From Deltaproteobacteria bacterium (GTDB taxonomy: Bacteria > Desulfobacterota_D > UBA1144 > Nemesobacterales > Nemesobacteraceae): 64,000 nt of DNA. The stretch spans positions 14,313 to 78,312 of the forward strand of contig JAJCZR010000004.1 of the NCBI GenBank assembly GCA_029262295.1, written 5' to 3'. Positions 1 through 9,021 of this stretch are shown here, in pieces (the first letter of the stretch is position 1; the number at the start of each line of letters is the position of its first letter). The position numbers and the translations under genes were made by a program. Below the pieces are notes generated by a model that made no database searches, was not told the DNA's origin, and saw only the letters and a program-made list of their open reading frames with translations.

Positions 1-369
1 AACAAAAAAACAGCAAAAGACTTTATAAATGAACTTCAAAATGCTAAAAACATTGATATTATTGATGAACTTTTAGTGGATGAGTGCCTTATTCATGTAA
101 GGTCGAAGTATGTTGAAAAAGATAAATATAAAAGAATTGTTGAATCAAACCATAAATATTTCCCCGATATGCATGTGGAAGTTATAAACCAAATTGCCGA
201 AGGAGATAGGGTTGCAAGCCAATGGAAGAACAATTTTACCCATACTCAAGAAGTATTTGGTGTAAAACCAACTTATGAAAGTATGACTATAAACGGGGTT
301 TCAATATACGAATTTGTTGGACAAAAAATCTCACAAATCTGGATCTATTTTGATAGGCCTCTTGGGTGA
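1..369 (+). CDS. SnoaL-like/ester-cyclase family protein, 5' truncated by the window edge (frame is open from base 1)
   Basis: ORF 76..369 translation resembles SnoaL-like polyketide cyclase or ester cyclase folds. The same frame has no stop back to position 1, so the true start lies upstream of the window. Confidence 0.45.
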   Translation, partial: NKKTAKDFINELQNAKNIDIIDELLVDECLIHVRSKYVEKDKYKRIVESNHKYFPDMHVEVINQIAEGDRVASQWKNNFTHTQEVFGVKPTYESMTINGVSIYEFVGQKISQIWIYFDRPLG

Positions 370-418
370 CTTATTTGTATTTCAAAATGGTATTAAGAAG
401 CACCGAAAAACCACAGAA

Positions 419-1447
419 TCATTTTTCTAACTCACTATAATCAATCACAAATTTGAAATAAGCAATGTAGAATATTACTGCAAAAAACAACTCTATGATT
501 AAATGAAGATTATTTATTATGAATCTTAAGTAATCAAAATAACCAGTATTGTAAATTAAACTGGAATTTACTAAATTTGGTATAACAAACAAGGTTAGAC
601 CTATAATTAAAAAAATAAGATTTCTAAATAAATTCTTGTAAATAAACCTAAAGTTTTCAGATAACAACTTTTTGATACTGAAGCTTTCATTTAGCAATAG
701 CACAAAGATTGCGGGCCAAAAAGTTATTGTAAACAAAATATTTAAATAAAATAAAAAATAGGTTTGTGCTTTAATTGCAATACTACTTGTACCAATAAAG
801 CCAAAGTGCAATAAATACTGATAAAAAATATCGTAAAATAAAGGAATCAAAATAATAACATTAATGACAAATATTTTGTTTATAATTCTTAGCGTATTAT
901 TAAATACTTTGTTAAAACCAACTCTTTTTTTGTGAAACAAGAATAGTACAAAAAGCAATAATGAAGCTTTGATAAAAGAAGTTATTAATATGTTTAAAGG
1001 TAAAAAGGAATAACTTAAAAATACAAAAATAAGAGTAATTAGATAATCTGAATTATCCCCTTTACTTGTTACAATCAAAGCAAATAACAAAGAAACAAAT
1101 ATTAGATAAATAGTAATTTTTAATACAGCTCTAAAGAACTCTAAATTTTTGTAATTATTTTCATCAGAGATTTTGCTTATTTTTTTAATATAAACTCTAT
1201 AGAAAAGGAGAATTAAAAAAGAAATAATGACTGTTGAGTAAAAATTTTTGGCTAGTAAAAAACTTCCAATATTAAGATCAGAGATTGATGTGAGATACAA
1301 AGTTTTATTGAAAACCAATTCAAGAAAATCAAAGTTAGGATTAGTTAAGTCTTGTGATAAATGTGAAAATTTAATTTTTTGATATAAAAATGCCGGAAGA
1401 CTAATTAGTATAAAACACAGCAAATACAAGAATGGAAGAAAAAACAA
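419..1447 (-). CDS. polytopic integral membrane protein (~10 predicted TM helices), function unknown
   Basis: 342-aa ORF that is extremely hydrophobic, with repeated 20-residue apolar segments. No recognisable catalytic motif. Confidence 0.5.
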   Translation of the reverse strand: MFFLPFLYLLCFILISLPAFLYQKIKFSHLSQDLTNPNFDFLELVFNKTLYLTSISDLNIGSFLLAKNFYSTVIISFLILLFYRVYIKKISKISDENNYKNLEFFRAVLKITIYLIFVSLLFALIVTSKGDNSDYLITLIFVFLSYSFLPLNILITSFIKASLLLFVLFLFHKKRVGFNKVFNNTLRIINKIFVINVIILIPLFYDIFYQYLLHFGFIGTSSIAIKAQTYFLFYLNILFTITFWPAIFVLLLNESFSIKKLLSENFRFIYKNLFRNLIFLIIGLTLFVIPNLVNSSLIYNTGYFDYLRFIINNLHLIIELFFAVIFYIAYFKFVIDYSELEK

Positions 1448-1719
1448 CCATCTATGTTTATCTAATATAGTGATGCTTGTCTTAAAATAATTTATAAACT
1501 CATCTTTCGACTTAAATCCTGAAAGTGAGCTTTTCGGAAGATAAGATTTTTTTACTAAAAAAGCTAAAATTAGGAAAACAACAAAACCAAAAGTAATAAT
1601 CTTTAGTAAGAGCTGTTCTGTTAAAAATGCAGATTACATTTGTTAATTTATAATCAACAAATAGAAATTTTACAAATTAAAAAAACTTGATGCGGTTAGG
1701 GGGTTAAAATTTAAAAAAA

Positions 1720-1869
1720 TCATGCTACAATTTTCCCTCTATTCTTTCTGACATCTTCAAGACCATTTTCTAGACTTTCCAATAGCTCATCATTATTTAA
1801 GATTTCTTCCATCTCGTGGTCATCAATATATTCAATTTTTTTAACGTAATCCTTTTTATTATTTTTCAC
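1720..1869 (-). CDS. candidate small ORF (49 aa, GTG start) missed by the ORF track
   Basis: GAGGAG Shine-Dalgarno 8 nt upstream of GTG at 1869 (minus). Translation is VKNNKKDYVKKIEYIDDHEMEEILNNDELLESLENGLEDVRKNRGKIVA, acidic and helical. Sits just downstream of fumC. Confidence 0.25.
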   Translation of the reverse strand: MKNNKKDYVKKIEYIDDHEMEEILNNDELLESLENGLEDVRKNRGKIVA

Positions 1870-1892
1870 AATTAAAACTCCTCAATAATTTA

Positions 1893-3293
1893 TCATGAAC
1901 TGGGCTCTGTCATACTCCACGGATCAAGAGCCTTTGAAAGTTCATCTTCCGGAAGAACTTTTTTCTCAAGTGCAATTTCTCTTACAGTCTTTCCTGTTTT
2001 ATGGGCCTCTTTCGCAATTGCTGCTGCTTCATCATAACCTATAATCGGGGCAAGGCTTGTGCACATCGCAAGACTCTTTTCGATCATTTCCCCGCAGCGT
2101 TGTTTATCAGCTTTTATGCCATTAATACACTTATCAACAAAAACAACTGACACTTTTGATAAAAGCCTGATAGATTCAAGAATATTATTTGCCATCATTG
2201 GCATCATTACATTTAGCTCAAAGTTACCGGCTTGCCCGCCAATTGTAATTGCAGCATCATTACCAATTACTTGGGCAGAAACCTGGGTAACAGATTCACC
2301 TATTACCGGGTTTACCTTTCCTGGCATAATTGAAGATCCTGGCTGAATTGCTGGAAGGATTATTTCACCTATGCCGCATCTGGGGCCACTTCCAAGCCAA
2401 CGAATATCATTTGCAATTTTCATAAGGCTTACCGCGATAGTTTTTAGCACTCCACTTGTTTCCACAATTGCATCTTTTGAAGCCTGGGCTTCAAAATGGT
2501 TTTCCGCTTCTTTAAATTTTACTTTTGTAAGCTTGCTTATCTTTTTTGCAACATTCATTCCAAATTTTCTGTGTGTGTTTATTCCTGTTCCAACTGCGGT
2601 GCCACCAATTGCAAGTTCTGAGAGACTTTCCTTTGCATTCTCAAGCCTTTTGATTCCATGCAAGACCATACTCGCATAACCACTAAATTCCTGACCCAGC
2701 CGGATTGGAGTTGCATCCATCAGGTGTGTTCTTCCAATTTTAACAATGTTATCGAATAGCCTGGCTTTCTTTGAAAGTGCTTTTTCCAGATGTTTTAACG
2801 AAGGAATAAGCTCTTCATGAATAGATACAAGTGTGGAGACATGCATAGCTGTGGGAATTGTGTCATTACTTGATTGTCCATAATTCACATGGTCATTTGG
2901 ATGCACAAGCGACTTATCACCAATTTTGCCGCCAAGTATCTCATTTGCCCTATTTGCAACAACTTCATTTGTATTCATGTTTGTGGAAGTTCCAGAACCT
3001 GTCTGAAAGATATCAACGACAAAATGTTCATCCAGTTTTCCATCAATCACTTCTTTTGCAGCTTTAACTATTGCATTGCCTACCTTCTTTGTAATATTTC
3101 CAAGTTCCATATTTGTTTCAGCAGCAGAGAGTTTTATCATTCCCATCGCCTTAATAAATTCTCTTGGAAGTGTCTCACCGCTGATTGGGAAGTTTTCCAC
3201 TGCCCTTGCAGTCTGAGCTCCGTAATATGCACTTGATGGAACTTCCATTTTCCCCATTGAATCGGATTCTGTTCTAAAACCTTTCTTGGCCAT
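1893..3293 (-). CDS. fumC: class II fumarate hydratase
   Basis: 466 aa with the SDSMG...VP..AYYGAQT N-terminus and GSSxMPGKVNP signature. QTGSGTSTNMNTNEV matches fumarase (GSGT) rather than aspartase (GGAGT). Confidence 0.9.
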   Translation of the reverse strand: MAKKGFRTESDSMGKMEVPSSAYYGAQTARAVENFPISGETLPREFIKAMGMIKLSAAETNMELGNITKKVGNAIVKAAKEVIDGKLDEHFVVDIFQTGSGTSTNMNTNEVVANRANEILGGKIGDKSLVHPNDHVNYGQSSNDTIPTAMHVSTLVSIHEELIPSLKHLEKALSKKARLFDNIVKIGRTHLMDATPIRLGQEFSGYASMVLHGIKRLENAKESLSELAIGGTAVGTGINTHRKFGMNVAKKISKLTKVKFKEAENHFEAQASKDAIVETSGVLKTIAVSLMKIANDIRWLGSGPRCGIGEIILPAIQPGSSIMPGKVNPVIGESVTQVSAQVIGNDAAITIGGQAGNFELNVMMPMMANNILESIRLLSKVSVVFVDKCINGIKADKQRCGEMIEKSLAMCTSLAPIIGYDEAAAIAKEAHKTGKTVREIALEKKVLPEDELSKALDPWSMTEPSS

Positions 3294-3551
3294 TTTGAAT
3301 ACTCCTTTGAAATTATTGTTGAAGTTTTATTTTATCTAAAGATAAGTGAAACTTATAGATTGTTTGGAAAATTATGACGTACATTGTCATGCTGAACACA
3401 TTCGACAAGCTCAGTGCTGGCTCGTTTCAGCATCTTTTTTTCTGTCATCCTCGAATGCTTAAATCGGGGATCCACATTTTTTAATAAATTAGATCCTGAA
3501 ATAAATTCAGGATGACGAAACGCCAACACTCTCGGTTCCCAAACACAGGAT

Positions 3552-6500
3552 TTATGATTCGTTTTCTATCTGCTGTAAACCCCTATTTAATATTTTGCTT
3601 TTTATGTCTAGAACAAGACTAAATACGGATGGCACTAAAATAAGTGTAAATATAGTTGAAACAAGAAGGCCCCCTACGACAACGCTTCCAAGCCCTCTGT
3701 AAAGTTCGGAACCTGAACCAGGAAATAAAACAAGTGGAAGCATACCGCAAATACTTGTAGTGGTGCTCATAAAGATCGGCCGGATCCTTGAACTTACAGA
3801 TTCAACTATTGCATCTTTTGATGCCATACCTTCATCTCTCATATTATTAAGCGCCTGGTGCACAATAAGAATTGCATTGTTTACAACAATTCCAATAAGG
3901 ATAATGAACCCAAGCATGGTAAGGATATCGAGAGCCTGAAAGGTAAAACGGTTTAGAACAAAAAGCCCAAGAAAACCACCGAATGATGCAAGTGGCACAC
4001 TAAACATAATTACAAATGGATACAAAAAACTTTCAAACAGTGATGCCATTAAAAGAAATGCTATCACAGCTGCAAGTATAAAATTCCATTGAAGCGCCTG
4101 CCTTGTAACAGTTAAGTCATCTGCTGTGCCAGTTAAAAGTGCATCATATGAACCTCCAAGATCACCGCTTTGACGAAGTGGGGATAAAATCTCGTTTTGT
4201 ATAGTAGTAATTGCAGCCTCTAAAGCCATTTGCTCTGGTGGCACAATCTGTATTGCAATTGTTCTTTGACGTTCAAAATGGTTTATCTGCTCAGGGCCAG
4301 TTGTAACTACCACATCCGCAATCGAACCAACAGTCAACGTATTACCGTTACCGGTATTAACCATAAGGTTTTCAATTTCATGAGTCTGATTTGAATATTT
4401 ATCTTCACCACGAAGCACAAGATCTACCTCATCACCTTCAATCTGATACTCACTCACTATTGCCCCATCCACAAGTGAGTTCACCATAAAGCCCAGTTCC
4501 TGATTAGTTATGCCCACATCAGATGCCCTTGCCCTGTCTGTTACAACCTGCACTTCAGGATTTCCAAGATCGAGGCTTGGGATTGGGCGCACCTGAGCTC
4601 CAGGGATTTTTTCAAGTGCAGTGAAGAAAACCTTTTGTCCAAGTCCAATTAAATTTGGAAGATCAGGCCCTGTAATCTGAATATTTATAGACCTACCCTC
4701 TGCAAGGCCACGCTCAAAAATACTCGATTGATTCACAATGGAGATCATTCCCGGAATCTTGCCAAGAGTTTTTTGCATTACAGGAATTAAACCTCGTACT
4801 TCGCTGGTTTCCCTTGAACGTATTCCCATAAATACCTGACGGCCCCTAGCAACATAAAACATATGTTCAATAAGCGGCCCTTCAAGATTTTTCGCTGCTT
4901 CTGATCCTGGTTCAGCATTCCAATATGGGGAGAGATCAGCCTCTATCTGTTTACCAATAGTCGTAAACTCATCAATATTGTAGCCGGGAGGAGGGATCAA
5001 AATTCCAAATATCAGGTTGCGGTTACCGGATGGTAGGTATTCCGTTTCAGGAAGCATTACCCAGCTTAGAAATACGGATCCAAGAGTAAATGCTAAAATC
5101 ACAATCAACTGAAGTGCGGTGTTTTTAATTATTTTTCCAACAAAGCCTGATATTAAATCATTTACTTTTTTTCCTAAGGTATTTAATCCCCAAAGGTTTG
5201 AAGATGAATTGCCTTCTTTCTTTTTAGCTATTTTTAGAATTTTTGCTGATACAGTAGGTATTACGGTTATGGAAACTATAAGGCTCAGTATCACTGAAAC
5301 GCTTATCGCAATTGCAATATCCCTGAAAAGCTGACCTGCCTGTTCTTCAACAAATATAATTGGTAAAAAAACAGCTGCTGTTGTTAAAGTGCTTGCAAAA
5401 ACAGCTCCCCATACTTCCACAGCACCATCATATGCAGCATTTAGGCGTGACTTTCCCATCTGCATGTGCCTGTAAATGTTTTCAAGAACAACAATGGAGT
5501 TATCTATTACCATTCCCACTGCAAATGCCATACCAGCAAGGCTTATAACATTTATAGTTCTGCCAAGAAACGACATAACTACAAACGTGCCGATTATGCT
5601 TACTGGAATTGCCGTGGCGACAATCAAAGTACTGCTTGCGCTTCGTAAAAAAAGAAGCAGCACAATGATAGCAAGAATACCACCCACAATCAGATTTTGA
5701 TTTACTAGGCTTATTGCACTTTTTATGTAGACCGTCTCATCATAAACATTAAAAAGTGTGAGATTCTTTTCCTTAAGTATTCCATTATTAAGCTCAGCCG
5801 CAGCCTCCATCAAACCATCCATAACTTCAATGGTATTTGCTCCGCTTTCCTTCACTGCATTTACAGCTATTGCAGGGCTGCCATTTTGCCTCACAGCAAA
5901 ATCAGGGTCTTTATATCCAAGTTTTACATTAGCTACATCTCTTACATATATCGGTGCCCCGTTTCTCCGGGCAATAATTACACTTTCAACATCATCAGGT
6001 GATTTGTACTCACCTATTGTTCTGACAAGGTATCTCCTTTTGCCTTCATCAAAACTTCCAGCACTGTAGTTATCATTCTCTGAGTTAATGGCATCTGCAA
6101 CCTGCATGAGAGTAACATTTCTTGCAGCAAGTGCATCGGGATCAAAAATCACCTGCATTTCCCGTTCTCTGCCACCAAAGATGTTTGACGAACCTACACC
6201 AGAAACCCTCTCAAAACGGGGTTTTATAAAATCATCTGTAAAATCAAAGTATTCGCTTATATCACGTTCATTTCCGGGAAGAGGCTTTAGGATAAACCAG
6301 GCAATTGCACTTCCAGTTACATCCACGCTGCTAATAACAGGCCTGTCAGCATCATCCGGATACTCCCTAACCTGATTGAGCTTATTGGAAACATCAACAA
6401 GTGCTGCGTTAATATCTGTGCCAACTGTAAATTCAAGCACAATTGAGCCACTTCCATCTGCACTCTCACTTGTCATTTCCACAAGACCCTGAACGGTTTT

Positions 6501-6713
6501 CAGCTCATCTTCTTGTTCCCTGATTATTTCAGTTTCAACTTCCTGGGGGCTCGCACCCTGCCAGGTTGTTCTTACAGTAATTCTCGGCTTTTCTACATCG
6601 GGTGTAAGCTGCACAGGTATTTTAAAAAGGGAAATTGTTCCGAAGAGAACAACAAACAAGACTCCCACTGCCACACTTACTGGTTTATTTATTGCTGTGT
6701 TTACAAGTTTCAT
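3552..6713 (-). CDS. RND multidrug efflux transporter, AcrB/HAE1 family
   Basis: 1053 aa, 12-TM architecture with two large periplasmic loops. N-terminus and conserved TM4/TM10 regions are typical of AcrB. Confidence 0.9.
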   Translation of the reverse strand: MKLVNTAINKPVSVAVGVLFVVLFGTISLFKIPVQLTPDVEKPRITVRTTWQGASPQEVETEIIREQEDELKTVQGLVEMTSESADGSGSIVLEFTVGTDINAALVDVSNKLNQVREYPDDADRPVISSVDVTGSAIAWFILKPLPGNERDISEYFDFTDDFIKPRFERVSGVGSSNIFGGREREMQVIFDPDALAARNVTLMQVADAINSENDNYSAGSFDEGKRRYLVRTIGEYKSPDDVESVIIARRNGAPIYVRDVANVKLGYKDPDFAVRQNGSPAIAVNAVKESGANTIEVMDGLMEAAAELNNGILKEKNLTLFNVYDETVYIKSAISLVNQNLIVGGILAIIVLLLFLRSASSTLIVATAIPVSIIGTFVVMSFLGRTINVISLAGMAFAVGMVIDNSIVVLENIYRHMQMGKSRLNAAYDGAVEVWGAVFASTLTTAAVFLPIIFVEEQAGQLFRDIAIAISVSVILSLIVSITVIPTVSAKILKIAKKKEGNSSSNLWGLNTLGKKVNDLISGFVGKIIKNTALQLIVILAFTLGSVFLSWVMLPETEYLPSGNRNLIFGILIPPPGYNIDEFTTIGKQIEADLSPYWNAEPGSEAAKNLEGPLIEHMFYVARGRQVFMGIRSRETSEVRGLIPVMQKTLGKIPGMISIVNQSSIFERGLAEGRSINIQITGPDLPNLIGLGQKVFFTALEKIPGAQVRPIPSLDLGNPEVQVVTDRARASDVGITNQELGFMVNSLVDGAIVSEYQIEGDEVDLVLRGEDKYSNQTHEIENLMVNTGNGNTLTVGSIADVVVTTGPEQINHFERQRTIAIQIVPPEQMALEAAITTIQNEILSPLRQSGDLGGSYDALLTGTADDLTVTRQALQWNFILAAVIAFLLMASLFESFLYPFVIMFSVPLASFGGFLGLFVLNRFTFQALDILTMLGFIILIGIVVNNAILIVHQALNNMRDEGMASKDAIVESVSSRIRPIFMSTTTSICGMLPLVLFPGSGSELYRGLGSVVVGGLLVSTIFTLILVPSVFSLVLDIKSKILNRGLQQIENES

Positions 6714-6752
6714 AATTCAAGATACAGGATGCAGGATAGTCCAATACTAATT

Positions 6753-6790
6753 TTCTCTCCCTTGATGGGAGAGAATTAAAGTGAGGGTGA
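6753..6790 (-). repeat. module-d hairpin TCTCTCCC-ttgat-GGGAGAGA plus GTGAGGGTG, reverse orientation relative to the copy at 26501
   Basis: Perfect 8-bp stem. Reading the reverse complement gives the same CCTCACCC..CCCTCTCC..GGAGAGGG order as at 26501-26548. Confidence 0.5.
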
Positions 6791-6917
6791 TAAAAGATTT
6801 TTTAACAACATCATTATAACTTTTTATACATTTACTCTCACTACTTATTTAGGAGAAAAAAAAATTAATTTCACCTTATCAAATAACTGCACCTAATAAT
6901 CATTATCAACTTCTTTT

Positions 6918-6953
6918 CATCATCCTGGATACCGCATCAAGTGCGGTATGACA
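6918..6953 (+). repeat. TGTCAT-hairpin repeat family, copy 1
   Basis: CATCATCCTGGATACCGCAtcaagTGCGGTATGACA. Perfect 8-bp stem ATACCGCA/TGCGGTAT. Confidence 0.6.
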
Positions 6954-7015
6954 GAATATTCTTTTATTATTCTTTAAAACCAACATCTAAGTTCTAACAT
7001 CTAACACCTATAATA

Positions 7016-8095
7016 TCATTTCTCCACTATCCTTACCGGCTGCTGGGGCCTAAGCCTTTCATTTCCCCTTGTTACAACAAGCTGACCTTTCTCAATAGGT
7101 CCAATTACTTCAATCAAACTTTTATATGCTTTACCTGTTGTAACAGGCACCAAGTTAACCACTCCGTCTGTAACAACAAACAATAAACTGGCATTATTTC
7201 TATCTACAATTGCATCTTTTGGAACAAGTTTGGTTGTAGTTGCATCTCCAATTGAAAATGAGATTCTTGCAACCATACCACTTTTTAGTTTAAAATCGGC
7301 ATTATCAACCCTAACTTCCACAGGGAAAGTTCTGGTCTCCATATTAGCCTGAGGCACAATAGAGCTAACCTCACCATTTATCTTGAGATCAGGGATAGAG
7401 TCAATATTAATTTCAACTTTATCTCCAACATTTATTTTAGTAATATGTCTTTCAGGAATTTCCGCTTTTACTTTTGCAATGCTTATGTCAATAATTTCTG
7501 CCACAGGCCCGCCTTCTGTGATCCACTGCCCTACTTCAGATTTTTCACTAGTAATAAATCCATCAAAAGGGGCTTTTATTTTAGATCTTGATAAATCATA
7601 TATATGGCTATCAATTTGTGAGTCGAGCTGTACTGTTCTTGCAAGCTGTGCTTCCCTTTCCGACTCCGCATCCTGAAGCTCCTGCAAGGAAGCAATCCCT
7701 TTCTCATATAGTTCCTGAAAACGTCTAAGATTTGCATTTGCAAGATCAAATCTTGCCTTTGCTTCTCTTTTTGCAGCTCTTGCTTCAGTTAGATCAATTT
7801 CGAGATTTTTAGTCTGAAACTTTGCAAGCAGCTCGCCTTTTTTTACATACTTTCCTTCTTTTGCAGAATAAACATTTACAAGACCTTCAATCTCGCTTGC
7901 TATTAAACTTCTTTTTGCTGGCTCAACTGCACCTACAAAAGTAAGTGGGGTACTAAGATTGGTTTCAGTTACCTCTTCAACCACAACGGGAGCCGCAGCG
8001 GGTGGCTGTGAGCTAGCATAATTAAAATTTATAAGTGTGAATACAATTAATACAGAGCAAAAAAATTTATACATATTTTTGATTATTTCCCTCAA
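7016..8095 (-). CDS. RND efflux membrane-fusion (periplasmic adaptor) protein, HlyD/AcrA family
   Basis: 359 aa with signal/anchor, coiled-coil hairpin (QELQDAESEREAQLARTVQL) and beta-barrel/lipoyl-like domains. Lies upstream of the RND pump on the same strand. Confidence 0.85.
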   Translation of the reverse strand: MREIIKNMYKFFCSVLIVFTLINFNYASSQPPAAAPVVVEEVTETNLSTPLTFVGAVEPAKRSLIASEIEGLVNVYSAKEGKYVKKGELLAKFQTKNLEIDLTEARAAKREAKARFDLANANLRRFQELYEKGIASLQELQDAESEREAQLARTVQLDSQIDSHIYDLSRSKIKAPFDGFITSEKSEVGQWITEGGPVAEIIDISIAKVKAEIPERHITKINVGDKVEINIDSIPDLKINGEVSSIVPQANMETRTFPVEVRVDNADFKLKSGMVARISFSIGDATTTKLVPKDAIVDRNNASLLFVVTDGVVNLVPVTTGKAYKSLIEVIGPIEKGQLVVTRGNERLRPQQPVRIVEK

Positions 8096-8260
8096 ATTTA
8101 TAATTTGAATAATTGTAACTATGAAAGATAATATATGAAACTAAATTTGAATCTCTTTTTTAAAATAGTGCATCTACTCAGGTAACATCTGATTTTTTCA
8201 TTGTGAGAATTTGGAAGGTTCGGATATAATAAATTTTATAAATTAATCGAGGAGAAAATT

Positions 8261-8590
8261 ATGGCCGCCGAAGGAATTTTGGAACTAAATGATTCAGTTT
8301 TTGAATCTGAAGTTATTAACAGCGACAAACCTGTGCTTGTAGACTTTTGGGCCCCATGGTGTGGCCCGTGTAAAGCCCTTGGCCCTGTTATTGATGAAAT
8401 ATCCAAGGATTATGAAGGCAAAGTAAAAGTTGGCAAAGTGAATGTTGATGAAAATCCGGAAATCTCAATGAAATTTGGGATAAGAAGCATTCCAACTTTG
8501 ATTGTCTTTAAAGATGGGGATGTTTTAGAACAGGTAATTGGTGCAGTGCCAAAAAGCGAAATTAAAAAAGCTATAGATAAAGCTTTATAA
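8261..8590 (+). CDS. trxA: thioredoxin
   Basis: 109 aa with the WCGPC active site. GGAG Shine-Dalgarno upstream. Confidence 0.9.
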   Translation: MAAEGILELNDSVFESEVINSDKPVLVDFWAPWCGPCKALGPVIDEISKDYEGKVKVGKVNVDENPEISMKFGIRSIPTLIVFKDGDVLEQVIGAVPKSEIKKAIDKAL

Positions 8591-8615
8591 ATACTAAATC
8601 AATAAGGTTGCGAGT

Positions 8616-8645
8616 TTACCCGCAGCCTTTCCTTTCATTACAACT
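8616..8645 (+). terminator. rho-independent terminator after trxA
   Basis: Stem GGTTGCG/CGCAGCC with an 8-nt loop, followed by TTTCCTTT. Confidence 0.5.
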
Positions 8646-8713
8646 TTAATTAATCTTTACAGGCAGTTAAATTTTTCAGGCTTATTTCATTCTTTTATTT
8701 AAGGAGATAAATA

Positions 8714-9010
8714 TTGGGCAAGTACATTATGCTAAGCAACCTCACAGATGAAGGTCGAAAAACTATAAAGATGAGGCCTGAGAGAATAAAAGAGGTTAAT
8801 AAAGAGATGGAAAAGATGGGTGTTACGGTTAAAGCCCAGTATGCCGTGCTTGGCCCTTATGATTTTGTTAATATTATTGAAGCCCCTGATAATGAAACTG
8901 TCACACGGGTTGTAATAGAACTAGGTTCAAGAGGCACAGTTCAGATAGAAACATTAATAGCTATACCTATGGAAAGTTTTCAGGACCAGTTTAAAGAGAT
9001 CGAAAGTTAA
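8714..9010 (+). CDS. GYD-domain protein
   Basis: 98 aa, small alpha/beta protein matching the GYD family pattern (GVTVKAQYAVLGPYDFVNIIEAPDNETV). Confidence 0.55.
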   Translation: MGKYIMLSNLTDEGRKTIKMRPERIKEVNKEMEKMGVTVKAQYAVLGPYDFVNIIEAPDNETVTRVVIELGSRGTVQIETLIAIPMESFQDQFKEIES

Positions 9011-9021
9011 TCTCTAAATAC

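Noticed and set aside
2059-3236. Several 60-120-aa plus-strand ORFs (2059..2346, 2371..2679, 2858..3067, 2874..3236) inside fumC. Similar antisense ORFs occur inside the RND pump, gyrB, the TPR giant, secD, tgt and dapB.
   Set aside because: They lie antisense to long, well-supported genes, are low-complexity, and lack Shine-Dalgarno sequences. They are typical shadow ORFs.
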